A DNA stretch of 63,659 nt, the filler included, from Octopus bimaculoides (Eukaryota): NCBI RefSeq assembly GCF_001194135.2. It is 7 parts of 7 records of this genome, joined end to end, with 100 filler letters (N's around TTAATTAATTAA, not from the genome) between each part and the next. Parts side by side here need not be neighbours in the genome. Positions count along the whole stretch, not along the records: positions 40,333 to 50,379 come from NC_068988.1; positions 50,480 to 56,084 come from NW_026439559.1; 5 more parts are not named here. The stretch is one strand, 5' to 3'. The position numbers and the translations under genes were made by a program. A model generated the notes under the pieces. The model saw only the letters and a list, made by a program, of their open reading frames with translations, was not told the origin of the DNA and did not search any database. Shown here piece by piece: positions 40,873 through 54,010 of the stretch. How positions within the stretch are numbered: position 1 is the stretch's first letter; every line of letters starts with the position of its first letter.

Positions 40873-42435
40873 TCTAGCTGAATCACCGCCCTCTGGGCGG
40901 TAGACTGAGGTGCTATATATCTACACTCCTGTTCATAGTTTGAAAGTAAGAAGTTAAACTTACTACAATTTTCTTAAAGAATTACTTTATGGACAACTTT
41001 TTCAGTGTAGATTCCTTTCATACCCGTACACCCTGAATCCAAAGCCAATATATGCACATTGTTCCTAGAAACAACGCCAATATATGCACATTGTTCCTAG
41101 AAACAAAGCCAATATATGCACATTGTTCTCAGAAACAAACATTATCTCAGTCCACTTAGAGTTGGTTGCCATAGTGATGAAGAAGTCTGCCTTTCTAATC
41201 TCTCTCACCAGAGCCATTCCAGCTTGGAAACACTCCCTGTAAAACGAGAACCAGGATGTGATGGCGGAAGCATGATTTTAGACGCTACGTCATTCATGTC
41301 ACCATTTGCAATTGCATCCAGAAGGCCCTGGTACTTTTCAGCCTTAATGAGTTGCTTCGTTTGGGGAAACCGCAGTGGGCAACAGTATTCAAGGTGGAGT
41401 CGGGAAAAAGTGGAGTAGAGAAGGATGATGGTGTGGGTATCTCTAGACCGGAAAGTTATCAACATCCAGGAGCACATCTTACGGGCCAAGTCAACCTTGC
41501 TGTTTACGTGGAAACTCCAGCTTAGTCTATTATCAGCAATTAGTCCATGGTCTCTGGTTTGTTGGATGACATTAGGGAGTCGCCTGAGGGAAGGGCATAT
41601 AGTAGTTTCAGAGTATCCTCTTTTCCAAAGTGGATGAAATTAAACTTGTCTTCATTTAGAAGCATATTCTTCGTTTATGTCCTTTGAACAAAATCAAACA
41701 AATCCGACTGAAGGTAATTTCGGTCTGCCATATCGTTTATGGCTTTCTGGAATTTGGAATTATCTTTCAAAGATTTTCAGTGTAGTATGTTGGATGACGT
41801 CTACCATGTCATTGATGTAGATAATGACGAAGAATTGACCCAAACACAGTACTTTGCGGGACATCACAACTGACTTTGGCTGACCTTGCTCGGATTCCCT
41901 CAAAAACAACACATTAGGTTCTGTTCGTCAGGAAACACTTTATCGACTGCAGAAGCTTTCCACGGACTCAAATGCTGAACAGCTTCTTCGGCAGGATTTT
42001 CTGGTCCACTCTCTCAAATGCCTTGCTAAAATCAAAGTATATGACGTTAGTGTTAGGGCTTTCTCCCAAAGTCTTTTAAAATGTCATCAAAGTGATGCAG
42101 ATGCTGCGACAGGCAGTCCCTGCCATCATGAAAACCATGCTGGTTGAGTTTCCGCAGATTGTTGTCTTCAAGGAAGTGAGTTATTCGTTATCTCATCACT
42201 CTCTCAAATACTTTAATGATATGAGAAGTAAGTGAAATCATACGGTAGTTCGTTGCAAGAGATTTGTTTCCCTTTTTGAAAACTGGAACGACAGACTGGG
42301 AAAGACAATGATCAGGAACATAGTCTGCGTCAAGTGAATTCCTCCAGAGCTTAGCTAGAGTGGGTGCAATTTCATGTCGGCACATCTTCCTGACAGTGGC
42401 CGGGAACTTATTAGGACATACTGCTGAGTTGTGCT
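40870..42435 (-). mobile_element. Decayed CR1-like LINE (RT domain, 3' UTR, (AAT)n tail)
   Basis: Minus-strand peptides VVPVFKKGNKSLATNYRMISLTSHIIKVFERVMR, NQHGF, DFSKAFERVD and LLYSTFSRLHLEYCCPL, with stops and frameshifts. Confidence 0.85.
41041..41136 (+). repeat. Three tandem copies of a 32-bp unit in the CR1-like 3' UTR
   Basis: aa(a/c)gccaatatatgcacattgtt(cct/ctc)agaaac x3. Confidence 0.9.
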
Positions 42436-43423
42436 TGTCTGTATATATATATATATATATATATATCAAAATATATACATACTCAGATCGGTGATCATAA
42501 GTGAAGTTAGATGCTCTGGAATATATAATTCACGTTGTGTTGTTTCATTGTATTACTGTAATACACTGAAGCCACCTGCTACACAGAGCTGTAAAGAGTC
42601 ACAAGGACTATACTGTTTGCGTTGTCTATTGTTGGCATATATTTCTAAATAAATACATTTCAGACGTAATTATATTATCTTGCATTATATAAGGTAGCGA
42701 GAGCTTTCTTCATTTCTGAAAATTCTGCACTGTGATTCCTGAGAGATAAAGATTCCAAAATATATCTTTGCATGTCAAGGGAGGATATCATAAAAATGCA
42801 CTTCTATTTTTAGGTACATCAGAATTTAACAAGCTTACCTTCGATTTGTACAAAGTTATGTCGGAGTATGTGCCGTTTCCATATTCAGTAGTGAATAACT
42901 GTGTTAACCCTTCCTAATTGGTCAAGTCAATATATTCGATGATGTAATACGTTTCAAAGATAAAAGTTTATGAAATTTAGTTTTCCGTTTATTATCGAAC
43001 CGAAACCTGCAAAATCTTTTATTTATGAATGAATAAAATATGATTTTCTATGAATAAATAACGTCAAAATGTCTGTATATGTATACGGATGCAAACATAT
43101 GCAAGAGAAACCAGGATAGCTTTTCAAAGTTATATCTAACTTTTTTTTTACATGCATAAGTCTTCTGTACATAAACCAGCATTTGAATATTTATATATAG
43201 ATGTACAAAAGTTAGAATACAGGAAACAGATATAACAAACATAAATAATAACTATGGTTATATATTCTATTGTTTTTATCCTTTGTACTGTATTAATCTT
43301 TGCTACACTTTGTTTCTCTAAATATCACATTGGACATATGTAGATTCGTTTTCATCCCACCACAGACATACGCGCACACACACATACATACATATATGCG
43401 TATGTATACATGTTTGTGTATGT

Positions 43424-43480
<57 letters not shown>

Positions 43481-46199
43481 GCACACCCTATACGCACATG
43501 CGCACTCACACATTTTCGCCGTGTTTCCGTCATACATACATACACACACGCAAACATATATATATATATATGTATTTATCGTAAACGATGTTGGCGGGTT
43601 TTTGTATACGAGTATTTCAGGTTCTTTCTGAGTTGTTTCTCCATGTTGTTGGCATTAATGACTGAGGAGGCCGATCCACGCTTAAAATAGGCGGGGACAA
43701 TGACTGTAGTGATCTCTTTTACTTTTCACTTCAGTTCATCTCTAGTAGTGATGGGCGTGACTCCACTTTGCGTAGTTCTGGCTTTTAGTTTCCTACGTTT
43801 TTGTATGAAACTCGGCCATATTGCAGATTGATATTTAGCTAGTCATTGTATCAGTAGAAAGGTTGTCTTTGTGATTTTTACCCCGTGCGTAAATCAGTGC
43901 AGTTTATTTGAGTGGGAAATTTCTCGCTTTTCAGTCTACATCTCCTAGCCACCCAGTCCACTATTTGCTCATGGCTGATTCTATAATTCAATTCTGTTGG
44001 GTTTTTTCTGGAACACCATTGATAGGTACTACTTACCCCTTCCTTTTTATATATATGCATGTATGTATATGTATGATTGTATACATTTCACCGTACTCCC
44101 CAAAATCTTTATTTCACTACGTCGCTAGCCTGACTTTCGTATAAAATAGAAAAAGAAAAGAAATTAGGCATCAATACAATTCGTTGTGAGAAACATTCAT
44201 ACTCGTTTAATTGCTATATCAATCAACTGTTCTTACATTTCCTAATTGAGATAGTAGACTTAATTACATCTCTATATTTTCTTAATCACACGAGTATGTT
44301 TGTCATATTCTATGATACAAGCTACACACAAGCACTATCACAAACTGAATCATACACAATATGCGCTAATTATACCCCAACGAAACCAAGCAATCCCATA
44401 TACAAATACTAGCTCCATTTCAACATATCTGAAAGCTCGATGATTTCCGATCATAGAAATCGCTCCCTCTCTCTCTCTCTCTCTCNNNNNNNNNNNNNNN
44501 NNNNNNNNNNNNNNNNNNNNNNNNNNNNNNNNNNNNNNNNNNNNNNNNNNNNNNNNNNNNNNNNNNNNNNNNNNNNNNNNNNNNNNNNNNNNNNNNNNNN
44601 NNNNNNNNNNNNNNNNNNNNNNNNNNACACCCCCACACCCCCACACCCACACACTTTCTCTCTCCCCCACTCATTCTCTTCGTCTCTCGGATTTCCTCCT
44701 TTCGACCTGCCTTCTTACTCTACACTTATCTGGTATTTCACAGGTTAAGCCTATTAAAGTGATTTTCTCACGATCATTTACTAGACTTTTCAATCCAATA
44801 ATAGCTTGGTTATTTATACAGTTCTCCAATATATTTTCAGTCAACTTAAGTATCCAGATTTTCAGAAATCTACCAATACAATGGATTGATTACTTTGACA
44901 TCATATGATCATCAGCGAACCACTGGCGCATTGCATTTGCAAGGCAAATAATTAAATTAGTTCCAATGCTTTCGCTAAATGATTTATATTTGAAACTATA
45001 TAGACTCGTTCGTGGTCGTTTAATATCACAAGATGTCGTAACCTTATTCCGCTGTGATAATTTAATAGATAAATAATATATTGCGCTCAAATAATTTCGA
45101 TACACGATCAACTATATTGACAATTACATATTCGGGTCTTCCCTAAGATAACAAGCAGCAGTTTCCATGGTTCTATTACGTTAGAATAAAACAAATCCCT
45201 TGCTGTATCAAAGTGACGAGCATTATACGGAATGTACTAATCAAACACTAAATTTCCTCGGCGTATTTTTCTCTGTAATCTCATTATTCATAATCTTTCT
45301 TTTCTTTATCATTTTTCTTTCTTCTTTGCATTCTCCGCTTTCTCTCTCTCGTGTTTTTTCTCTTTAGGTTTAGTAAGCTAAGACTCATGAGAGGATTGTA
45401 TCTGCTTTGTTGAATGTTTGTCTTCGTGAAGATTAGCCGGCAGAGGTCAGTAAATGCTAATGAGTTGATATATGGCTGACATCTCTATCTCGAAGCTACT
45501 GCAAGCATAAGCTGTACATATGAAGTGGCTGGCTTAGAAATAATATATTTACTGATTTAAATAATAGTGTCAAGTTCATGGGATGCCATTCAAACACAAG
45601 AGTATTACAAAGAAGAAGTTAAACCCGTGGTAAGGAGACAAAATCAATAGTTTAATAAATATTTATCCTCAAGGCTAGAGAGAAAAATAAGATATGTTAA
45701 TGATTTAAAATTAAAATATGAGTAAATATGAATACAGTGACATCTATGAACATGTAATACTAAGCCTACATGGAGAAATATAGTTTTCACTTGAAGTAAA
45801 CTGTGGCATAAACAGATTTCAAGTTTGATAATAATGTAGGGGCTTACGTCAAGTGCTTCATTTTCTCTTCAAATCCATCATTGAATTTAAGTATCAACCA
45901 GGACGTTCTTGTAGTACCCCTCGATATGTCTTGTATGAAATTTTCCACCAAAAATTTTGAGCGCTAACTCGATTTGATTAGCTCCATGGATTTTAATGTT
46001 TCTGTCTTCCAATCACTAGTTGATACACAGAGAAAAAATTAGTTTTTCTTTCGGAAAATATACGTTGGGTATTTTAGAAATGTATTCACTCTGTAATTAT
46101 TTGTAAACATGCAAACTACGTGCGAATGCAAAGTTAGTTGAAGCGTTAGGGGGGTAAACGTAAGGTCAATAAAATTCCTTGTAGGACTGACTTACAGGT

Positions 46200-47270
46200 T
46201 TTAGTAATTCTAGAACACAAGCCTCACATAACAAATTTCCTCTGTTTCGGAGATTACGAGCCGATGTTGGTCATTCCGTAGGGCAGCAATTCACAATGTT
46301 ACATTTGTATTAAAACAGGCCAGCAGAAGGCATTCGATCCCACTGTGGTGATGGCGAGAACGATACATCGCTCTTCACCGCTGAAATCAACACCAAACAT
46401 GCAAAATCATAAAGTGGGTGACTGTGGTAACCACTATAACAAGAAATGTCAGTAGAGCAAGATAGTAGTTCTCTGCTCAAAGAAGACGCAAGAAAAGTTC
46501 TCCATCATCTCCACTACCGTGAAAACAACTGGAGGAAAAGGCCGTAATCCCCGTTCAGCCTTCGAATAGAGAAGGATTTGAAAGCAATGAATTGTTTGAA
46601 GTCAAGCAGCCGTCAATGAGAGGTGGGCTGAAATACTGATGTGAACATTCACCACACATAATTTGGCAGTGAAGCACTTTAAATGAAGTGTGACCTGTAA
46701 CTTAAATCAAGCACAGGCCATCAACCACATCAACAACAATGACATAATCATCAACAGCAGCCACAACAAACACCACCACAACAACTGTAAGAGATAAAAC
46801 AGCTTGAGACACGAGTCTGTGATGCATAACTAGACAATTTGACGCGACTGTCAGTGTGAGCGAGTGCTTCGAAAAACTGATTTCAGTTGTCGTACTGGTA
46901 GACATACTGAGCCTTTGTGTAGGGCACAAACTGCTTGGCTCAGATGTTCTACTGTATGAGGTATATTTCTATGACAGACCTATTCGTCTCATTCATGGCA
47001 GCAGTCTACCCATACCGGCAACCGCTTAAAATTATTCCAAGTCGAGTAAATTGTACCGTCAACGATGCTCTTCTCCTCTATCCTTTATGATGGACCCTAG
47101 AGCATTGTTGCAGAAGATGGAACTGAGACAAGAACATTAAACAAAAGTCTTCCGTAGATGCATTTCATGTTAGGCAGCATCTATTTCTGACACTAGAGTG
47201 AAACTTGGTGAAGTTTCTCGAAGTGCGAATCGGACCAGAACTTCAGGTGGAGAGAAGCAGTGAAGACGTC
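46200..47270 (+). mobile_element. Decayed L1/Tx1-like LINE RT fragment
   Basis: RQRCSSPLSF resembles the RQGCPLSPLLY RT motif, and VKFLEVRIGPELQVE resembles the 'KILGVWFG' region. Many stops. Confidence 0.45.
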
Positions 47271-47289
47271 GCGAGTAACATGATCAATA

Positions 47290-47452
47290 TCACTTCGTCA
47301 GCCTTTAGGTTCGGAGTTCAAATACTGCCAGGGTCATCTTTGCCTTTCATTCTTTCGAGGTCGATAAAATAAGTACTAGCTGAGCACTAGGGTCGATGTA
47401 ATCGACTCTCCTCTCCACCGAAATTGCCGGCCTTGTGCCGAAATTTAAAACC
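47290..47452 (+). mobile_element. SINE family D
   Basis: ggttcggagttcaaatactgcc...tttgcctttcattctttcgaggtcgataaaataagtac...ggccttgtgccgaaattt. Confidence 0.7.
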
Positions 47453-48719
47453 GTTATTCAGGCAATAAGCTAAAAAGATTGTCAGGTTGTATAAAAAAAA
47501 ATGCTTTGCATAATTTCTTCTGTCACTTTATTTTCTTAGCTTAAATCCTGTTGTGATCAACTTTTACCTTCATCAAAGGAGTACCAAAAAAAAATTGTCT
47601 CTTAAGGACTGCGGTTAGCATTATCGACTTCCTCAAATTTATAGGCCTTCAGCTTTTATTGGAAACAAGTATTATTCTTGTTTTTGTTTCCTCATTTGCA
47701 TTTTAAAGACATTCTTTATAAAAATCACATCCGATTAATCTCTGATCAGCCATCATGTATTTTAGCTAATGTTGATCTTTGAAATCTAATGAGTTGTCTA
47801 TTCAGCTTCCCAATATATGCCCAGATAAAACATTAGCAATCGACAGAATTGTTAATTTGCTACGAAGTGTCATATTGACGTCTCTCATTCACTACTAAAC
47901 AAGGCACACCCAACTAAAGTGCTTTGCACAAAAGAGATCTCTTAATTACTTTGTTTCCTTTTTATTCTCTTCTTTGTAAGTATTCCTTTTTATTTGCATC
48001 TTTTTTATTAATATTCTTCTATAAACACCAGCCTACTCTATCTAGCCTTGCAGACATTCTAGCACTCTTCTCGTTTGTCTACCAAAAAATATAATTATTT
48101 GCTTTATTTAAATATTTATTCATGCACTTATATAACTTACCATGTAATATTTTTTCTCTTAAAGCATCATCACTTTTAATTATTGTGGAATATATTCGTT
48201 CCTATTGTTAGTTTATTTATAATAAAGACCGATTCAATATATACATGGCATCTATATCGTAGAAGTGAAATGAGAGTCAAGTATCTCTACACAATCAAGT
48301 ATGCTTAATCTCTGCCATTCTGGTAGGGGCACTATTCTTTCACTCTCTTTCTCTTTTTCTCTCTCTCTTACCCTCTCTTTTTCTCAGTGTATGGATAGCT
48401 GTATAATAATGTATGATTTCATACATGCAAACGTACATATGTGTGTATATGCGTGTGTGCTTGTGCACGTATGTTTCTCTGTGTGTGTATGTGTACGTAT
48501 AATATAAATATACACACACATGTGTATCTATATTTTATTTATATGCGTACATATACATGTATCCATACATATATATATATATATATANNNNNNNNNNTGT
48601 ATAAATGTATGTATGTATATGTATATAAATGTTCTGAAAACTATTCACAGCCTTCGAATTTTTATTTCATTCTGTTAAGTTTCATATATGTTTGGACGTG
48701 TGTCCATCCACCATTCGAA

Positions 48720-49960
48720 CAATGTGGCCAGACCATCTCGTATGGTTCTTCAGAAGCATTACTTTAATTGAAGCGATGCCTGCAGACGCAAAGACATCTG
48801 TTTCTGAAGTAAAAAAAAAGAAATCCCCATTTAATGTTTAAAATGCAGCGATGGCATTTTTGGTAGAGTCGTTCCAACAATTTGAAATATCTTTCATAAC
48901 ACATACTTGATGCATAAGAATATAACAGGGATGGTAAGACAAACGAGCCAACTTTGTCTTGTTATTCATATGTTGTTGGCGGCAAACACGTGACTCTAAA
49001 CCACTAAACGCATGCGCTGCCTTTCGAATTCGTAGATGCATTTCTGTGTACAGATTTCCATAATTTTGTACAGAGCTTCTAAGCTTCCAGTTTAAAAGGT
49101 CAACAGCCTCAAGTAACTTATTCTTAACAAAAATCTTAGAGGGGTTGCAAACAGCACCACGCGCAGGTTGATACATTGCAACTAGTTGATGGTCAAACCA
49201 AAATCATCACAAGCTTTGTCAGATGCAGATACAAGAGAGTGCAGTCTTGTTTGAGAGTGAATGACTAGATGGCAATCGTCATCGTATAAGTGTTCCCTAA
49301 TGAGTGAAGTAAAGACGTTTGTTTTGAATTTCAGTCTGGTCAGATTAAAATCAGTCCCTGCAGTAATGTAAATAAGCTTTCCTCTGAGTTTGAAAAGCAT
49401 GTGACAGCACAACAGCAAAGTATATTGCAAAGAGGGCGGGTGCATCAAGGTCTCCTTGCTTTACTCCATTTTACGCGTCAAAGATTCAGAAAGAGTCTAT
49501 CACCAAAATTAACTCTAGCCCTCATATCTTGATGCAAAGCCATGACCATGTTTACAATTTTTTCTCAGCAAGCTATTTTCCTTAGAATTAGCCATAGACC
49601 ATTTAAATTAACAGTATCGAATGCCTTGCTTAAATCCAAAGCAATGGTATAGGGCAAGATTCGCTTCAATGTACTTACCCTGAAATTGTCTGATCGTAAA
49701 GATACAATCAAACTGTGCCCCTGGAAGAGCGAAAACCACAATGAGACTTAGATAGCGTATTTAGAAATATGAATGTATTTAAATGTTGTAAAAGAATGAG
49801 GGCAAGTACCTTTCCAGCTACAGACAAAAGCGAAATCCCACGAAAATTACCACACAGATCCTTTGGCCCGATTTATACAAGGAGACTGAAATGGCATCAA
49901 TCCAGTCTTGAGGCACTTCCTCAGTTGTCCAACTGATTAAATTCTTCTTGTAGAAGATTT
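48720..49960 (-). mobile_element. Decayed RTE LINE, RT region
   Basis: Peptides IREHLYDDDCHLVIHSQ...ACDDFGLTIN (YADD motif region) and EMHLRIRKAAHAFSGLESRV. Confidence 0.8.
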
Positions 49961-51062
49961 TATCCTATTATTGAATTAATTAAATATATAACCGGAATAT
50001 ATTCAGTGCTGAATTTTATTCTGGTATAAACACATGTACCAAAATGCAATTCACAAAAAGCACGCTTCTTACATGAATGTATAGGGATAAACAATCTTCT
50101 ATGTATCATGGTGGATACATGGGTTTTCGTTTTGGTACGTTGACTATTTTGTTTATGTTTACATATTCTGACCATACTATTCTGATGATCGAAAGTTACA
50201 TATTATTGTAATAATCGGGAAATCGTTCGATATATAGTTAAGTCCGATTTTAAGAGGCCAATTTTTGAGAATTTCATTTTCCTCGCGTTCGGTAAAAATG
50301 TGTTTATTATGGTAGCTTAGCGTGAGGCATTATTCTACTGTAAGGCCCTTATATAAATAAATATTTATATGTATATATANNNNNNNNNNNNNNNNNNNNN
50401 NNNNNNNNNNNNNNNNNNNNNNNTTAATTAATTAANNNNNNNNNNNNNNNNNNNNNNNNNNNNNNNNNNNNNNNNNNNNCTTCCTAGGGCTAAACGGCAG
50501 TAGTGTGTTCCCTTATTGGGATTGTCACACTAAGTTGACAATACACTACAACTTTATATATATATATATATTCCAAAGGAATAGGTATAAAAGACAAAAG
50601 AACAGCCAGTCTGCTACAGTACATCTGTCAGACGGGACCTTGATGAATGCTATGAAGCAGGAAAGAATACTAGCCCCTATATATATTTAATACTCAATAT
50701 TTCATATATTCAATAAGACATTCAATACTTCATTTCATTTTACTATTTATATTATATATTCCATATTCTATATCCCACATTAATTTTATAAGAATATAAA
50801 TAAAACATAAAAAACAGACAGAGTTGGAACTCTTTTAAATAATATATTCCTCTATACACGATCATACAAAACCCTTTTTTATATTTTTTTATTTTTATTC
50901 ACACACATATATATATATACATATACACACACACAATCATATATACATATATTCATAGTAATGTCTCAGTATGAATATATGTGTGTGTATACATATGTAT
51001 ATATACACACACACAGACATACAGTGACAGAGACACACAGACATACACTGATGATTACATAC

Positions 51063-51250
51063 CCATCTTGACCACTGTCCAAGAAGGTGAACCATTTCTT
51101 GGTCTCATCTCGACTCATCGGAATCCCCATTCCTTTGAGGGATCTCCGAAGATCTTTCTCCCTGAAGCTTCGTAGTAGGATGTCTTCGTCAGTACCGGCA
51201 ATCCTGTCGAACATTGCTCTTGTAGACACAAGAACTTCGGACATTTGGAG
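51063..51250 (-). CDS. Coding exon of a small EF-hand-like (calmodulin/calcyphosine-like) protein: LQMSEVLVSTRAMFDRIAGTDEDILLRSFREKDLRRSLKGMGIPMSRDETKKWFTFLDSGQDG
   Basis: 188-bp open exon with acceptor ctgttgtttccag| and donor GATGG|gtatgt (ends in phase 2). The translation has an EF-hand-pair pattern (helix, GIPMSRDETKKWF linker helix, LDSGQDG loop start). ATG at codon 3 could be the start codon. Confidence 0.7.
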
Positions 51251-51454
51251 CTGGAAACAACAGAACCAAGGTTGAAAATGAGTAAAAACCACAGAAACAG
51301 GTGTAGTGGGGGTGAACAAAAAACACAGAATGACCATTAATGTTGCCATTTCCACCACCATCATCATCATCACCACTACCACCATCAGCATTATAATCAC
51401 CACCACCACCATCATTACCACTTACACAGACAAAGTGTATGTATGTTGTGTGTG

Positions 51455-51484
<30 letters not shown>

Positions 51485-51497
<13 letters not shown>

Positions 51498-51577
51498 GTA
51501 TACAGGGTGCAGTGAAGCTATCAACCACTTCTAGTTTTTCTCCCTGGAATGTGGCAGAAGTTGTTTTCTGCACATTT
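51485..51577 (-). mobile_element. Short RTE RT fragment
   Basis: Peptide FQGEKLEVVDSF resembles the RTE RT 'LEVVDSFRYLG' region. Confidence 0.4.
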
Positions 51578-51661
51578 NNNNNNNNNNNNNNNNNNNNNNN
51601 NNNNNNNNNNNNNNNNNNNNNNNNNNNNNNNNNNNNNNNNNNNNNNNNNNNNNNNNNNNNN

Positions 51662-51702
<41 letters not shown>

Positions 51703-51719
51703 TACATATATATATATAC

Positions 51720-51766
<47 letters not shown>

Positions 51767-51769
51767 TAC

Positions 51770-51932
51770 GATGGGCTTCTTTCAGTTTCCGTCTACCAAA
51801 TCCACTCACAAGGCTTTGGTCGGCTTGAGGCTATAGTAGAAGACACTTGCCCAAGATGCCACGCAGTGGGACTGAACCCGGAACCATGTGGTTTGTAAGC
51901 AAGCTACTTACCACACAGCCACTCCTGCGCCT
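51770..51932 (-). mobile_element. SINE family A 5' module
   Basis: Reverse complement of the A head, ending cagccactcctgcgcct. Confidence 0.8.
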
Positions 51933-52289
51933 ACGTGCGTAAAAAAACAAAAGTTTAGCATATTAATATTATTGATAATAATAATAATGCTTTGAAACGT
52001 GAGCTCAAAAAAACCATGCTTTTTGTTCCAGTGAATTTCCATGACAAGTTTTACTGGTTTTTGAGGGAATGAATGCTGAATCGGCCAAACTTGAGTGAAT
52101 TTGAAGAAAAAAAATAAACAAAACAAACAAAAACTGACGTAATAAAAAGAGACTGCAAAATGCATTTTGTACAACAATGTCATTTTTTTGTATATACCCC
52201 CACCACCACTAACACCCCTACTATCAACACCACCCTGTCACAACAACTATTTGCTACAGCAATGTTGAAGGTATGACTAGTAACATTGA

Positions 52290-52490
52290 TGATGATGTCA
52301 TATTTTGGCACAAAGCTAGCAATTTTGGGGGGAGGGGGTAAATTAATTACATCGATCTCAGTGCTCAACTGATTGCTTATTTTATCGACCCAGAAAGGAT
52401 GAAATTACAAACTTGATCTCAGTGGAATCTGAACTCTGAACAAAATGCCACTAAGCGTTTTTTCCCCAGCATGCTAACAATTCTGCCAGA
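52290..52490 (-). mobile_element. SINE family D
   Basis: ttggcacaaagctagcaattttgggg...cttattttatcgacccagaaaggatgaa. Fragments also at 8385-8505 and 17070-17160. Confidence 0.6.
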
Positions 52491-52499
52491 TCTGGAATC

Positions 52500-52870
52500 T
52501 CCTGTGCAGTCGTGAAATCTGCATGCAACAAAGAGTTCCATCCCTGTGCCATACCAGTTTTCCTTTTTGTGTCTGTGGATTTGGAGAATTTAAATTTTCT
52601 CCTCTACGCCATACAACACGACCACTGCCAGCAAGGAGATGTCCACTTCTGGTGGCTACCTCTGCTATTTTAACAACCCTCCAACCAAGGTATAAGGGAA
52701 TCATATGCAATTTCTCAATTTTAAGGGCATTTTCTTTGGCCAGTTGTTCGGTTGAAAACCTCACCTCTACTGTGCCAAAGCTTTTACTGTGGGTGACAGC
52801 ATTTCTGATTCCATACAGGTCTCAGGCATTTTTCGACCTGGGCTTGCATAGCTCTAGCTATTTTCCTTGT
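52500..52870 (-). mobile_element. Possible LINE ORF1 (gag-like) fragment
   Basis: Peptide GIRNAVTHSKSFGTVEVRFSTEQLAKENALKIEKLHMIPLYLGWRVVKI resembles L1/Tx1-type ORF1 from recall only. No splice signals identified. Confidence 0.3.
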
Positions 52871-52889
52871 TTTTAGAGATATACATCTA

Positions 52890-53120
52890 CTCTTTTACTT
52901 GTTTCAGTCATTTGACTGCGGCCATGCTGGAGCACCGCCTTTAGTCGAGCAAATTGACCCCCAGGACTTATTCTTTGGAAGCCTAGTACTTATTCTATCG
53001 GTGTCTTTTGCAAAACCGCTAAGTTACGGGGACGTAAACACACCAGCATCAATTGTCAAGCGATGTTGGGCGGGGGACAAACACAGACACACTAACATAC
53101 ACACACACACATACACATAC
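52890..53120 (+). mobile_element. SINE 3' module B
   Basis: ctcttttacttgtttcagtcatttgactgcggccatgctggagcaccgcc...ggggacaaacacagacac. Confidence 0.8.
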
Positions 53121-53971
53121 NNNNNNNNNNNNNNNNNNNNNNNNNNNNNNNNNNNNNNNNNNNNNNNNNNNNNNNNNNNNNNNNNNNNNNNNNNNNNNNN
53201 NNNNNNNNNNNNNNNNNNNNNNNNNNNNNNNNNNNNNNNNNNNNNNNNNNNNNNNNNNNNNNNNNNNNNNNNNNNNNNNNNNNNNNNNNNNNNNNNNNNN
53301 NNNNNNNNNNNNNNNNNNNNNNNNNNNNNNNNNNNNNNNNNNNNNNNNNNNNNNNNNNNNNNNNNNNNNNNNNNNNNNNNNNNNNNNNNNNNNNNNNNNN
53401 NNNNNNNNNNNNNNNNNNNNNNNNNNNNNNNNNNNNNNNNNNNNNNNNNNNNNNNNNNNNNNNNNNNNNNNNNNNNNNNNNNNNNNNNNNNNNNNNNNNN
53501 NNNNNNNNNNNNNNNNNNNNNNNNNNNNNNNNNNNNNNNNNNNNNNNNNNNNNNNNNNNNNNNNNNNNNNNNNNNNNNNNNNNNNNNNNNNNNNNNNNNN
53601 NNNNNNNNNNNNNNNNNNNNNNNNNNNNNNNNNNNNNNNNNNNNNNNNNNNNNNNNNNNNNNNNNNNNNNNNNNNNNNNNNNNNNNNNNNNNNNNNNNNN
53701 NNNNNNNNNNNNNNNNNNNNNNNNNNNNNNNNNNNNNNNNNNNNNNNNNNNNNNNNNNNNNNNNNNNNNNNNNNNNNNNNNNNNNNNNNNNNNNNNNNNN
53801 NNNNNNNNNNNNNNNNNNNNNNNNNNNNNNNNNNNNNNNNNNNNNNNNNNNNNNNNNNNNNNNNNNNNNNNNNNNNNNNNNNNNNNNNNNNNNNNNNNNN
53901 NNNNNNNNNNNNNNNNNNNNNNNNNNNNNNNNNNNNNNNNNNNNNNNNNNNNNNNNNNNNNNNNNNNNNNN

Positions 53972-53989
<18 letters not shown>

Positions 53990-54010
<21 letters not shown>

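Noticed and set aside
40876-40899. Helitron 3' end (hairpin plus CTAG)
   Set aside because: It lies at the 3' end of a CR1-like LINE with an (AAT)n tail, CTAG is followed by A rather than T, and no Helitron 5' end was found.
42839-42898. 60-bp open 0-0 exon-like segment (LFTTEYGNGTYSDITLYKSK) on the minus strand with a good donor
   Set aside because: Weak acceptor, and the phase is incompatible with the phase-2 EF-hand intron it lies in (a stop appears in that frame). No other support.
50182-50220. CTGATGA-TC-GAAA-GTTACA...TGTAAT hammerhead-like string
   Set aside because: Only 2 nt lie between the core halves (no stem II), and stem I and the register at A15.1-U16.1 do not fit. Likely chance.
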